In this document: in pieces, positions 28,505 through 43,402 of the stretch | How positions within the stretch are numbered: position 1 is the stretch's first letter | Layout of the letters: every line of letters starts with the position of its first letter | DNA from: Octopus sinensis | Lineage: Eukaryota | NCBI RefSeq assembly: GCF_006345805.1 | Contig: NC_043003.1 | Coordinates: forward strand, 73,780,001 to 73,844,000 | Direction of reading: 5' to 3' | DNA: 64,000 bases | Notes under the pieces: generated by a model | Seen by the model: the letters and a program-made list of their open reading frames with translations, nothing else | Database searches by the model: none | What the model was told of the DNA's origin: nothing | Made by a program: the position numbers and the translations under genes

Positions 28505-29607
28505 CAGGGTACTTGAGCACATACCTTTTTAGGGTTTTGCTGCCTTTTTTTGCGCTGTATATGGCAGATCCTCAGCTTACTCAAGAAATGATGTTATTAT
28601 GGTTAAAAGCATTTTAAACGCTCTAAAATCATCAGAACACATGAATTTATCCAGAAATTGCAACGGACCATTGATTACAATCCCAGATAGTCCATGAGGT
28701 CAATTGCAAAAGATCTCGATGTGTCAGAAGAAACAATCGGAAATATTGTCCATGAAGACATCAGATATAAGTCTTATATGATGAGGAAAGGTCAATAAAA
28801 AATCTCTACACCAGATCTAAAAGACGCTTAAACAAACTGAAAAATTCCAGCAGAAGAAGGTTTGATTTAGTTTTTCCCAAACTAGAAACAAATTGACCAA
28901 GATCAAAACGTTAACAGAATAAATGATAAATGGTTATGTGCAGAACCTTCTGAAGTTCCAAGTGTTATGCATGGCATACAAAAGTTTCTGCAACTGTCAT
29001 GGTTTAGGCGTTGTCTGCAATGAAGGACATGTGATGCCTCCTTACGTCTTTCCACAAGACCTTAGAGTTAACTTTGCCGCCTCCATTGAGATCCTGGAAA
29101 TAATTCTTGAGTTCAGGATAGACAGTGTATGCAATTGAAAGCCATATATTTTTTCAGTAAGTCTCTGCTCTATCACAAATGGCTCTAGTACCACAGGAAT
29201 CGATGGTTGAAAATCTTCCTGATATCATAACACCAAAGATTTGGCCTCCTAATTCCCCAGATATCAATCCATTGGACTATTACTTGTGGAGCGTTGTTGA
29301 GAGAGAGAGAAAGAGAGAGAGAGAGATCAATGAGCACGCCCAATAACACCAAAGATTCTTTGAAAGCTGCCATCGTCAGAGCAATGTCCAAAATTAACCA
29401 GGGCCACTTAATTCGAGCATGTAGAAGATTTAGATCTGATACAGAAGCAGTTGTTGAAGTTGAAGGTGGATTTATTGAATACCTTTGTAGAAAAGAAGGT
29501 TTAATTTTAGCGGCATAGCATGCTTTGATAAATAAAATGATTATATATCTTTTTTTTTTTTTGTTTTATATTAACAAATCTGTCCTGAAATATGTTACGC
29601 ACCCTGT
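28505..29607 (+). mobile_element. Degenerate DD37D (maT-type Tc1/mariner) transposon
   Basis: HTH SMRSIAKDLDVSEETIGNIVHEDIRYKSY; VMVLGVVCNEGHVMPP; the mutated second-Asp site and the third Asp (WPPNSPDINPLDY) are separated by 37 residues; C-terminus AVVEVEGGFIE*; right TIR-like ...gttacgcaccctg. Confidence 0.85.
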
Positions 29608-29684
29608 GTATATGTATGTATGTTTGTATTATGTCTACATAAATTCATACATACGTACAGTCATACACGCGCAAACATACACAC

Positions 29685-29722
<38 letters not shown>

Positions 29723-30658
29723 ATATATATATATAGGAAAAAAACCCTCAAAAATTATTGAAGCGATACATACATATAATCCTACATACACGCACACTCA
29801 CTGTTTTAAGTGTTTGTTTGAGTACGTACGTGTGTGGTTGAACGTATGTCTTTGCATCGGATAACACACTTCATTTCTCTCAAATGTATCATCGGTATAG
29901 ATGGCCCCAGAAATCAAGCCTTTATGCCGTAGAACGAAGTGCCAGAACCCTCAAACACAACTTCAATTCAAGACATACTGTGTTATAAATGGAAATACAT
30001 ATTGTGCGATGTAATTCTATACATAGTATAGCTTAGAGAAATACCGCATGGCTGTGATAGGGATGCATTAAATTATAGCAATCAAACCTGATTCAATGGT
30101 AAACATCAGAAACGTACAAACTTGTATTTTGACTTCAGACAGAAAGCTATCGTATCACAATGATATATGAATTTTGTCTCTTTCACTTGACTGGAAAGAA
30201 CCACTATGCATATCTAGGAATCGACCGTTGAAGCATAATCCTTACTCAAAATTGATCGATGCACATTCTCTAGAGAATACAAAGCAAAAGACTTAAAAGA
30301 TGATATGCATTAAACTTTCCGTTATCTTTGATATTTCATGGTATAATAAATTAGCGCTGTGTTTAGAGTTGACATATGCCTTAGCCGATGAATCCACTTT
30401 CTGGAGCTACAAGTACCACGTGTGACTGCTATTTCGGTGTATTTATTTAACATCTATAACACAGATGTTTGAACTCAAACAAGGAAAATTAAATGTTGTC
30501 TTTCTGCAGTCTACTTCATATCGAGTATCATTATTTCCCCTTTGTGTACCCTTCGCGATCAGATATACTCTGAACTATCTTTGCCAAGAGATTTACTTTA
30601 CATCGTCTCACATCTTAAAGCCAAATTAAAAAACAACAAACAAAAACATTCAGCAATA

Positions 30659-31465
30659 TCTCTACATATATAAACGGCAGTTTGTCTGTCTGTGTGTCTG
30701 TGTGTCTGTCAGGTTGTACCCTCACCCTGACCACGGCTTTCAACCGATTCTGATGAAACTTGACACACTTATAGCCCAATGTCATAATTCAAAACTAACG
30801 CAGCTAAAATTTTGAAAAGTTCCCCCAGTTCTGAAAAAAAATCGATAAATTCGTCATGGGTCGAGAATCTAAGCTTTTTATATGCAACACATTTTCTACA
30901 GACTGTCTAGGGGACGCAACTCGACCTTTTTAACTCTCGGAACACGTGGGGTAAGTATCCCAAAATGTATAAAAATGTACAAAAACGGCAAAAAAGCGGG
31001 CAGCAATGTGAGTGACAACAACGAAAAAGTCAAAAGTGACCAAACTGAACAAACGAATGGAAAAGGTTTTTTGGTGCACACGACAAAAGCGGTTTATAAT
31101 AAACCAAGACTTTGCAAGTAGCGTCCGAGGACCCTTAGGGTACGTCAACAATTTAAGGTAAAACGTTTGGGGTGGTAGTTATAAAGAAAGTGTAAACAAA
31201 AAAAGTATTCGAATAACTTGCGGCTGCAGCAGCTATTAGCAGAAGTGGTGGTGTTGGGGGTAAAGTCTCGAATATAATTTCTTCCTGGTAGGAATTGGTT
31301 GGGTTGAATTATCGATAGCTGTTTGATAGTTATTTGGGAGTGAAGAGAAGACATTGCAACCTACACATGCGCCTTCGTTCCATTGAGGGAAAGGACTATA
31401 TTGGGATTAGTCGTTGCCTACTAGGGGCTCTTACATACCTGGGCAACGCCGAGCTATGCTGCTAG
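30659..31465 (+). mobile_element. Non-autonomous Helitron (807 bp)
   Basis: A|TCTCTACATATATAAA start, (GTCT/GT)n, ccgattctgatgaaacttgacac, degenerate hairpin ctgggcaacgccgag, and CTAG|T end. Confidence 0.85.
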
Positions 31466-33654
31466 TTTTCTATACAAAATGAAATTCCTCTAAGATCAAC
31501 ACTTGTGAAATATTTACTACCAGTATGAACGTACGTGGCTCAAGCATAAGCATAATCAAATAAATGAAACAAGGAACGGGATATATTTGAATTATAATTT
31601 TTTCCTTGGTTATATGTAGAGAGGATCGTCTTACAGTTAAAACTAATATGTATTCATGCAACTAATTTCACCACTAATATATTCCAACTAGGTAGCAATT
31701 CCCATGAAAGTAATTGATAGGTAACTAGATAGATAGATAGATATGAGATATGGAAATCAAGAAGAGTGGAGAGAAAGAGAGAGAGAGAGAGAGAGCAAGG
31801 AAATTTGAAGTGTCAATCTTACAAAATGCAATGGTTTCCATTCAACATACCTGATGCATTATTTTAAAATTAAATTACATGGTCATAGTTATACTATCAA
31901 AAATATTACCTGGGGCTAAAATACAGCGATAATCACAACAACATCACATCACAACTATCTCAACATACAATATTTAACTTTAAAGAAAATATGTTATGGA
32001 AGAATGTATATCGTAGGCAGAATCAATGGTATGTGTTACAGTTGTTCTTCATTCTTTATTTACAGTTTGAACAGTGGAATCTCCAATCACTATGTGTTCT
32101 GCTTTTAGTACGATGATATTCTATCTTGGCTATTACCACAACAGAAACAGACACCATACAATAAACACAAAATTAAAAAGCAAGTAAGCTTATATAAAAT
32201 ATAAACCAATTTACGATATAAATATTTTAATTTTTCCTTCAGTCACATATGTTACTTCTTTAACGTAGGAAGAAAATAAATACTAATCAGTTTGAAAGAT
32301 TGATCGCTGTTTTCATTGACTTCTACTCATTTAAATGAGACTTTGTTATTTGCAAAACAGAAACTTTTAATGCATCAAAATTTTAAGGGAAGCTTAGCAC
32401 AGCTGTTTGTGATAGAAGAAACTAAAAAACAATATGGAATATACTGAACATAATATTCAATACAATGATTAATTTTCGTTTTGTTTTCGTATTATCTCTA
32501 ATTGATTACTTTTATATTACTTAAGTATGCAAATAATTTTTGTATTAGTATTATTATTTTTGACTTGTAATTTTATTGCGTACTTACACTGCATTACCAA
32601 GTGGAAAATATTGAACTTGGGTACTTAAAAGTGTTTTCCCCCATTTCCCTCTGTTTTATCTTATTTAGCATACTCTAATATATATCCATTCACTGTACGT
32701 ACCAGTGATATATTCAGTATGGTGTATATTTCTATAGTCTTTGTTATTTTATGCTTCTGTATTAACTTAATCCTAAGCCACTTGAAAAGAGTGACTGTGC
32801 TTTCAGTCTGGGTTACTATTCCCAGAATTACATTTGGATATTTTCTTCATTTCTTTTAGAATATATTATATTCGATTAGAAAGAAAACTTTGATTAAGCA
32901 ACACTTCATTTCCTGGCCGTATTTGACAATATATGACATATTTGTCTTGGTATCGGGTTGGTTAGAAAGTTTGACTTATGAGTATTATTTTTTAAAGTAA
33001 TTTGAGACTCGCACTATCCAAAGTCGGTTTCGTTGTCATAGGTTTATTCCCGAATCAAGCGTACGTCGATTATCACCGGGAGTCAAAGATTATCACCGGG
33101 ACTCATAAGTCAAACTGCCAGTCGAGCAGCGTGATTGATGGAATTTACACATTAGGTTTCTATGGAGGTTTATAAGTGGGCAAGTGCGATATCGTGGTCG
33201 TAGAGAAACTGGCAGTCATCAATATCCCATGGTGAGTATTTTACGACTTTGGGGCCTGATCCCATGTTGAATTTCAGCGCACTAGTTATCATACTAAAAA
33301 TCCGCAAATAGTCTACATATATTTCATTGGTCGTAATGACTCCTGTGTACGTTGAAATCTAAATAATTTAGTCTCACTAAGTATTGCAGAATTCAAGTAG
33401 TTTATTAATCGTACATTCACCAATTCAGAATTTGGAACATATCTTTCCTCTTGTTCATTGCACAGTCAGTAGCACACTGGTTACTATAGACATTTAAGAA
33501 ACCAATTCATTTCGGCATAAACTGTAATTCGCTGCGCCCAGCACTTCATCGCTTTCGAGGTGAAAAGTTTACAAAAACCTCTTTCTATTCATCGCCAATA
33601 GTAGTTGCTACAGTATAAGTTCACGTATGCGTACATATATCACCTATCATATAT

Positions 33655-34399
<745 letters not shown>

Positions 34400-34417
34400 A
34401 TATATATATATATATAT

Positions 34418-34983
34418 AAAATCAAAATGAGGGTGAAAAAATTGGATATTAATTTAATAGCATCAATTTAGCACCAGTGGTTTAGCGCATAAAAAAACTG
34501 AGATTCAGTAAAAATATTATTAATACACAAATATTAGAGAGAATCCACTATCTGGGCACCCTTAAGCTAAAGAGAGATCCGAATGAGTCTCAACCACTAA
34601 GAATTGTTCTCAAGAAAAATTTAGCACACTATGAACGTAAGCGAGCAGGACAAATGAAAAATAACAAAAATATAGATTAACCCCATGCAATTGTTTCACT
34701 GTTAATAAATTATGCAATTTTACCTACACAATTAACCTGCAGATGATCAGTTAGGTCCGTCATAAAATATAATTTGTCGAACTGCATGCCAGATATTAAC
34801 ACGAGGTCAAAAATGCGAGTAGTTCGGCCTATTATATTCACAGTTATATTCAAATGCCCTCGTTCAAGCGCGCCAAATAACCGGAAATAAATACTGCATA
34901 AATAATTCACTGCAGTGGTTTACGCCGGTTTGAGAACATATTGATTTAGAATTAAAATCAAAATGAGGGTCAAAAAATTGATA
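34418..34983 (-). mobile_element. Second tandem-unit element (family Y, 536-bp period) with decayed hammerhead
   Basis: Terminal direct repeat aaaatcaaaatgagggt(g/c)aaaaaattg at 34418 and 34954; starts in (TA)n; hammerhead-like fold at 34681-34755 (-). Confidence 0.6.
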
Positions 34984-35310
34984 GCAGAACTAAATTACAA
35001 TGTTATCGAAGCAGTGATTGCAACTGGCCTCCAAAATGGTAAACGTCTGTTCATTCCGCGGATACCCCTTATAACAACCGATACTCAGTTTCCGTTCCAA
35101 TTAATGCGCAGGCAGTTTCCGATAACACCGTCATTCTTATTCACAGCAAGCAAGACACAGGGCCAGAGTTTAGATCGTGTAGGTGTATTTTTATACACTC
35201 GAATGTTTACACACGGTCAGTTATACGTCGCTGTGAGTAGAGCAGCAGAGTAATTTGAAAATTAGTGTCGACCACACACAAAATATCGTCTCCTAAGAGG
35301 TTTTGTAATC
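34963..35310 (+). pseudogene. Helitron PIF1-type helicase C-terminal fragment
   Basis: NVIEAVIATG...LFIPRIPL...FPFQLMRRQFPI...KTQGQSLDRVG...FTHGQLYVAVSR (helicase motifs V-VI). Confidence 0.88.
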
Positions 35311-35399
35311 ATATCCATATTCAAATCCATTTACACATTTTTCAATACATACGGTTGTTATGATTTCCCTCCCTCAATTTATGCCTCCATCGTAGATGG

Positions 35400-35430
35400 G
35401 TACTAGTAATAGTAGTAGTAGAAGTAGTAA

Positions 35431-35462
<32 letters not shown>

Positions 35463-35480
35463 ACAATAATAATAATAATG

Positions 35481-35544
<64 letters not shown>
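35400..35544. repeat. (GTA)n/(AAT)n microsatellite, target of the downstream Dong-like element
   Basis: Seen directly. Confidence 0.95.
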
Positions 35545-38500
35545 GGAGAGAACACCGGGGACGTTTAAGATGTGAGAACGATAAAACAGTGCCCCGAAAC
35601 CTATCCACAAACATCGAAAACAAAGACATTGTATGGAGCCAAAAATTTACTAACAAAGAATTGGATTATATCCGAGTAAGTAATACTCATTGAAATTTAT
35701 TATTATTTTCGAAACGAAATTATGTATTTTAACTCGATATCATCTCCACCTCTAACACAACACATGTAAACATGCGTGGACATTACGATCCGTCAACACC
35801 AGATTACCCCCGAATCCAAACACCATGTACAAAAAAACTACGAAGAAATTAAATAACACCGATATTATTCAACCCAAGAATAACAATCGGGAAGTACGTA
35901 CTTTAAACTTACAACACAAAATGTACGAAAAACTACACGTGCAAAACAATGTGAAAACAGAAATGACCGGACCGGTACCCTACGAAAATGACGACCGTCA
36001 AAATAATGGGCCGGACGTTGTTCCTCATGTCCCGCAAATAAAACCCAAAAGAGATAAATGGACACGTGAGGAATACATTTCTATCCTACATGTTTACTTC
36101 AAAGCAGTGCTCTACCTAAAAAATGAAAACACAATACATACATATAAAATATGGAAGGAAATTAACATAAATATAGACTTGGATACAGCAATGAACACTA
36201 ATAAACTAGCTAACGTACGAAGATACATTCTTAACGCAAAAAAATATATCAGAAATAGAAATATAAAAGGAAAAATACATCAGGAAAATGTAGATAGAAG
36301 CCACACAACAATGCCCAATAATATAAAAACTGAAACAGTAAAACACGAAGACAAACGTAACATTTCCAACAAAAAATTGGGATGTAAACAAAAAACAACA
36401 AACCCAGACCGTAAGGATGCATAATAATACACGACAAACAGCAAGCCAAAACACGACAAACTAACATACAAATGAGAAAGAAAGTGACACAAATCTAAAA
36501 TCTGGAAACAACGAAGGGGAGCCAACAAACACGATGTAAACAACGAAGGGGAGCCTAATGATTATGATAATATAAAAAGTAAAATAATCAAAGAACTGAA
36601 AACCACAGAGCTCAAAATGGACCACCGACCATACCTCCCAAAAATCAAAATAGACGAAACAACAACACCAATTATAAACAATATAAACCTAGCCGTCACG
36701 GAACTAATAGCCACTGAAACAAAAAGCGATATCACTGAGCTAAATGACTTAGTATACGCAGCAGCCACTGCAGTCAAAAAAGAAGCTGGATACTCACTCA
36801 AACCAATCCAAACAGAAGTACCACCACCCAAAAAAAACCTGTGGATAAATAACATCCCAAGCAAAATACAATAAATGAGAAAAGATCTGTCGATTCTTAA
36901 TGAAATCAGTAGACAATCAACGCTACTGAGCAAAAAAAAGAAAACAAAAATACTCCGCAAATACAACATCACAGAAAAAGATTTACCTGAGATAAAAGAA
37001 AAGCTAAAGCAAGATATCCTTGCCAAAGCACAAAGGATCCGCCGGTACGAGAAACGCCAGCGCTTCTTTGAACAAAACAAAAAGTTCAACTCCAACCCCA
37101 AAAAGTTCTACCAAGAATTTGGCAAAAATAAAATAGAAATCACTGCAGCACCAACGGCAGAAGAGGTGGAAGGATTCTGGAGAGAAATATGGTCGGCGAA
37201 CGAACAACCAAAAACAGGAGTATTAAAACAACAAACTCAGCATCTGAGCAACTTTGGACCCCATAACAACTGAAGAGGTCACGCAGGCACTGCAAAGACT
37301 AAGCAACTGGAAGGCACCTGGGTATGACAATATCCCGAACTTCTGGTTGAAATATCTAACAGGAATGCACAAAAAGCTGGCTGAAAATTTTAACAAATAC
37401 TAGCAGAGCCAGAGACAATGCCTGAATGGCTCACGAAGGAGAAAACTATCTTAATTCCCAAATCAAATGAGACAGCAAAACCAGAAAGCTACAGACCAAT
37501 AATCTGTCTCCCTACAATGTACAAGGCATTTACTGCAGTGATATCGTAAAAGTTGAACAAGCACCTGGACGAAAACTACCTGTTTCCAGAAGAGCAGAAA
37601 GGATGCCGCAAAGTTTCATATGGCTGTAAAGATCAACTAATGATTAATAAAGCCATAACTGAAGACAGCCACAGAAAGAAGAAAGGCCTCAGTATGGGCC
37701 GGATCGACTACAAAAAGGCGTTTGATAGCATCCCCCACACATGGATCCTCGAAACACTAGCCATTAACAAAGTAGCACCAACAATTATAAAATTCATATG
37801 ACACTCTATGAATAAATGGCAAACAGTGCTACAGCTCCAAACAAAAGAGGGACTCATGAAAACCAAAGCCATCCCCATTAGAAGAGGAATATTCCAGGGA
37901 GATTCGCCCTCTCCACTACTTTTCTGCTTGGCACTGTCACCTCTATCTGATATGCTACATAGAACTGGATGCGGATATAAATGTTACGGCAAAGCGATCA
38001 GCCACATTTTATAAATGGATGACCTAAAACTATACGCTGCAAATGACAAACAGCTGGAAAAACTATTAAAGCCAGTTCATGGATTTACCAAAGAAATAGA
38101 TATGAATTTTGGATTAGAAAAATGCGCCAAAGTAACCCTGAAAAGAGGAAAACTAGTGAAGAGTAGCAACATCACACTAGATAAAACCAAGAAAATAAAA
38201 GAATTAGACCAAAACCAAACTTACAAATACTTAGGAATCCATGAACTAGATAAGACACAACACACACAAATGAAAGAGAATATAAAAAAGAATATTATAG
38301 ACGAGTTAGATCAATACTAAAACAGATCTCAATGCTAAAAACAAGATAATAGGTATTAACATTTTAGCTGTACCTGTTATTAGTTACAGCTACAATATCC
38401 TTAACTGGACACTAAATGAACTGACCAAAATAGATAGGAAAACAAGAAAAATAATGACAGGATCTAGGATGCATCACCCAACATCTGACATAGAAAGACT

Positions 38501-39692
38501 ATATATACAACGTATAGAAGGTGGTAGAGGCCTTATACAGCTGGAGAACTACTATAAAATAACCACCATAGGATTGCAAAATATCTACTTCAGAAGGATG
38601 GAAAACTGATACAAATAGCGGCAAAACACGAGCGAAACAAAAAACTGTTCTCAGTATATAAGGAAGCTGACAAATACAAACAAGAAAGCATACCACCTAA
38701 TACATATGAAGAAGAAGAAGAAGAAGAAGAAGAAAAGAAGAAGAAGAAGAAGAAGAAGAAGAAGAAGAAGAAGAAGAAAAGAGAAGAAGAAGAAGAAGAG
38801 AAGAAGAAGAAGAAGAAGAAGAAGAAGAAGAAGAAGAAGAAGAAGAAGAAGAAGAAGAAGAAGAAGAAGAAGAAACAACAAAAGCTATAAAACAAATGAA
38901 ATCCAATGGTTGAGAAGCTCAGGACTCAAAGCAGAAACAGAGGGATTTTTAATTGCAGCACAAGACCAAAGCCTCGCCACCAGAAATTACCAAAAACATG
39001 TAATGAAAAGAAATATTACAAGTAACTGCAGAATATGTGGAGATGGACAAGAAACAATAAATCATATTATCTCTAGCTGCCCAGTCCTGGCTAAGAAGGA
39101 ATATATTCACAGACATGACAGAGTTGGAACCTACATACATTGGAAGCTATGCCAACATTATGGAATAACAACAGAAAAAAGATGGTATAGGCACACACCA
39201 GAAAAGGTCACAGAAAACGTGAAAGCAACCATACTCTGGGATATGCCGATACACACAGATAGAGAAATTAAGGCCAACAGACCAGATATAGTTGTCAGAG
39301 ATCATGAAGAAAAAAATGCTTTCTAATTGATGTATCAATACCGGCAGATGACAACGTGTCTCTAAAAGAAATGGAGAAACTCTCAAAATACAAAGACCTG
39401 GAAATAGAGGTAACTAGAATGTGGAACCTGAAAACAGAAACAATTCCTATCATAGTAGGTGCATTAGGCATGATAAAAAAATATTCAGACAAATACATAA
39501 CAAAAACACCAGGACTTACAAACACATATGACATACAGAAAATTGCACTACTAGGCACTGCACACATCCTACGCAGAACACTTTCCATACAATAACCATC
39601 AGAGCATCACAACAAATCACAGCACATACCCAAGGCACACAGAGCTGCGCTCGGTAGTGAAGTGAAAGCACGCTATAAAAATAAAACTACTG
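35545..39692 (+). mobile_element. Full-length (about 4.15 kb) but disrupted R4/Dong-like retrotransposon (family B)
   Basis: 5'UTR; Myb-like KWTREEY...NKLANVRR; RT motifs [24 protein letters not shown] and (Y)MDDLKLYA; CCHC CRICGDGQETINHIISSC; RLE RPDIV..D; 3'UTR identical to 8038-8140; (AAT)n tail. Several stops and frameshifts. Confidence 0.95.
38708..38872 (+). repeat. (GAA)n expansion inside the retrotransposon ORF
   Basis: About 55 units, where the sibling copy (about 8980-9003) has only GAA x5 GAT GAA GAA (EEEEEDEE). Confidence 0.95.
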
Positions 39693-39760
39693 AATAATGA
39701 TAATAATAATATAATAATAATAATAATAATAATAATATAATAATAATATAATAATAATAA

Positions 39761-39860
<100 letters not shown>

Positions 39861-40110
39861 GTGGTTCCTTCAACATCCTTAAACAATCCTTATTCAGGGA
39901 CCTTTTGAGCGGGATGGGTTACTCGACCAGAAGGCCCCACCTTCAATTTTATGTGCTTTTATCTTTTAACGAGATCACCATGTCACGCACATATGGTTGT
40001 GATGCATGTGCCTGGTGTAACCTTATCAGATGGGTAGTCATGATGGATATTCTGGGCTTCGTATATTTTACCCCAGTGTCACTTTGATGGCATGCACTGC
40101 TCTCTTACTC
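39861..40110 (+). mobile_element. 3' end of a third (AAT)-tailed non-LTR element (family C)
   Basis: Unique 250 bp between (AAT)n tracts; its last 45 bp recur as a stub at 40222-40264, as expected of 5'-truncated retroposition. Confidence 0.65.
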
Positions 40111-40149
40111 AATAATAATAATACTAACAACAACAACAACAACAACAAC

Positions 40150-40220
<71 letters not shown>

Positions 40221-40221
40221 T

Positions 40222-40264
40222 GTACCCCAGTGTCATTTTGATGGCATGCATTGCTCTCTCACTC
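40222..40264 (+). mobile_element. Extreme 3' stub of family C element
   Basis: taccccagtgtcattttgatggcatgcattgctctctcactc matches 40069-40110 and is followed by AAT. Confidence 0.7.
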
Positions 40265-41076
40265 AATAATGATGATGGTAATTGTTTTTGCTTTATATCA
40301 CGAAGGAAAAGATTATATAACTTTTAAACAAACTTTGGCATATAAGAAGAAATTCTAATTTATGTTATAAAAGTAAGAGCGGGTGAATGAATAAAAGTAA
40401 GAGCGAGTGAATGAAACATATCGAAATTGAATGAAAAGCAGAATTTTCCCATATTGTTGGGCGCTAAATTAAAAATGCAAAACACATTAAAGTGGTTTTT
40501 AAGAAGGAATATATTCTCGATATTTGTTCTTTAGTACAAAGCCTTTTATATACGAAAGGCTGGAGTCAAATAATGTCATTTACTTAAGTACTATTAGAGA
40601 AATTATATAAAGAGTAATGCCATTAAGCAGGAAAAGAAAGAACGGTTATTGCGTGCACCACACCTTGGAGGCAATATATATTACCTCGATTCGTTATCTT
40701 ACCATGGCATACTACGGTACGAAAATAAAATACAGGAGAACATAATCGTTTAGTATAAGGTAATGTATAAGTACCTTCTTATCACTATCCCGCTTTGAGA
40801 AATTCTGTTATTAATAACGTATTAGTCAGAAAATTCAATACCGAAAATGAACAAGATACAGCGTAAATAACACCGACAAAAAATTATGTATGTGTAAGTG
40901 TGAGTGCTCCAGAATGCGTGCGCGTGTATATATTATATGAGTATGCGTGTGCGTGCGTATCAATATGTATATTTGTGTATCGAACTATAGACGCACACAT
41001 ACATTCACACACTCACATATATGTATGTGTGTCTGTGTTTGTGTGTGTGTTTTCATGAACACATACACACACACAC

Positions 41077-41108
<32 letters not shown>

Positions 41109-41127
41109 GTATATATATATGCATACA

Positions 41128-41170
<43 letters not shown>

Positions 41171-41247
41171 ATATATATATATATATATATACATATATAT
41201 ATGCGCATGAATATATATATACATATTATATATCTGTATATATAGGC

Positions 41248-41287
<40 letters not shown>

Positions 41288-43252
41288 CTGTGTATATGTG
41301 TATGTGCGTCTGCGTACATATATGTATGCATGGATATAAGTGTGTGAATCTGCGTATTATTTATGAGGCAGACACGATGATGTTAACAGAATGACTATAT
41401 GTACCCAAAATGATTAACTGAATTATTTTATGTCTGTCGAGTGCTACAATCATCATCCATATTTTCAACAAGTCAATGGGTGCATTTTGCTGCAGATTGA
41501 ATCACCGTTGTTACTTCAACAGTGTTAATTGCATCGATTTTGGTAGATATAATTATCCATAAGTTTTTAAGTTTTAATGCCCGTAATAGGTTTCCGCTTA
41601 ATGCAGTATGTGTAATGAAAATGTAATGGAGGACAGCACTCTTCGTTCATATACGAATTGAGATAACACTTGTGAAGAATGAAGGAAAAAAAATAACTAA
41701 GAGGTTATTTTGGGCAAAGTACTTAGTGAAACAATGTGAGATTATTAAGACGAGAATATCGTTGTTAATAATTCCTTTCGAATATATATGACTCTGGCAG
41801 ATAGACAAGTACAACAGCAACATAAAAAAACAACACAAACAAGATAAACAACAAAAATAGCAACACTAAATTATAATAATGTATCAGATGATCTTGAGTT
41901 TAAATCATTGTCGAAGTGTCGAGATTATCACCTGTCCTAAAGCAGGTGAGTATCAAAATTGTTAGACTCTTGCTGTATTTGTCCTTGTCTATTTTTTTTT
42001 ATATATTCTGATTTCAAATCCCGCTGATGTCATTTATATCTTTATTATTTTTTCCTCATAGTCGACTAAAATTTCCCAGAATACTTTTACCGCTGGTGCT
42101 TCTATTAGAAAAAGTTACCTGACTTCTGGAAAGTTACCCGACATCTTCAGTTTGACAAAGAAGGCATAGATTCTGAAACAGAAAGCCATGACATTGATAT
42201 TTCATTGATACTTGATAATTGCCATTTGTTCAGGAATTTCGCTCGATACAATCAAAGAAGAAACGATAAAGTGTAGCCTAGGAATTCCTCCGTGCACTAA
42301 CCTGAAATCACAATAAAAGCAGGCAATCCATAAACGATCGCAAATTAAAAGGATCATATCCTCAATATAGATCAAGATTTATCAATGAGTTTCGTCATTT
42401 TATCGACTAGTCAACCAACCTTTGCAATGATTCCCAGATGGCCTTTGAAGAATAATTCTCGTAGCTTACACGTGTATTACCAGATAAAATCATAACGATA
42501 TCTCGGGAATACACAATCGCCTTTTCTAAATAAGACATCTTAGATGAGGTTGAGTATGTTCGAATTTTGTTACCGATTCACAGTTTCATTCGATATAGAA
42601 ATAACCATACAAAATATGATGAAGTCATTTACGAATATATTAATACGACTCTCAGATGCTAATAGTGGATTGCAGCCAACAATTTCGTTTAATGATGAGT
42701 AGATGTAAGTGTGTGAGCCAGTATTTTTGCGCGTGCGAGTGTTTTCATATGGTGGATATTCGTAGTTCGACAAGGAGGAATTAGGTGTTTAATCAACTGA
42801 AATAATTGCTCCTATATTAATGTGTAAGTATCTAACATTCCTCAGGCGCATGCATCCTTTATTTTATTAGCTGAACCTATGTGATATAGTGTAGGCTAAG
42901 AGTGTATCTTTTGAAATACATGTACAATCCACTCGAAAGGTTAGGTTAAATTATGTCGTTTTTGGTCTTGAAGTAGACACTATTACCGGAGGCGCTATCA
43001 GCATCACGAGGCAAAAAAAAAGTTGACTGCCGTTAATTCACCTGGAGTTTATCAGCCATTTTACGGGTATTATTTTTCGTCCTACGGAATGTCCAAATAC
43101 AAAAAAAGAGAAGAAGAATAAAGCTATCATTGCTCCGAATGTTTTGAGCATTTGATGAGTTAGCAGTGAATATCCACAATTCTTTAGCTGTTAATCTGAT
43201 ATCTCCAACCACAACTTTGCGGAGTATATATATATGCATATATATATATATA

Positions 43253-43296
<44 letters not shown>

Positions 43297-43303
43297 TATA
43301 TAC

Positions 43304-43402
<99 letters not shown>

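Noticed and set aside
30752-30775. CTGATGAAAC inside a Helitron
   Set aside because: No stem II or downstream GAAA/stem III; this is an ordinary Helitron internal motif.
33156-33231. Plus-strand exon candidate (ttag|...atg|gtgagt); similar case at 41888-41945
   Set aside because: Weak acceptors, no recognisable product and no compatible partner exons.
35545-35825. Possible HDV-like ribozyme in the 5'UTR of the full-length family B element (GGGGAC...GTGCCCC pairing)
   Set aside because: R2/R4-type elements can carry one, but I could not assemble P2/P3/P1.1 or the catalytic C from this sequence.
40069-40264. Two ~45-bp direct repeats separated by a spacer (CRISPR-like)
   Set aside because: Only two copies and the spacer is (AAT)n; these are retroelement 3' ends in a eukaryotic context.
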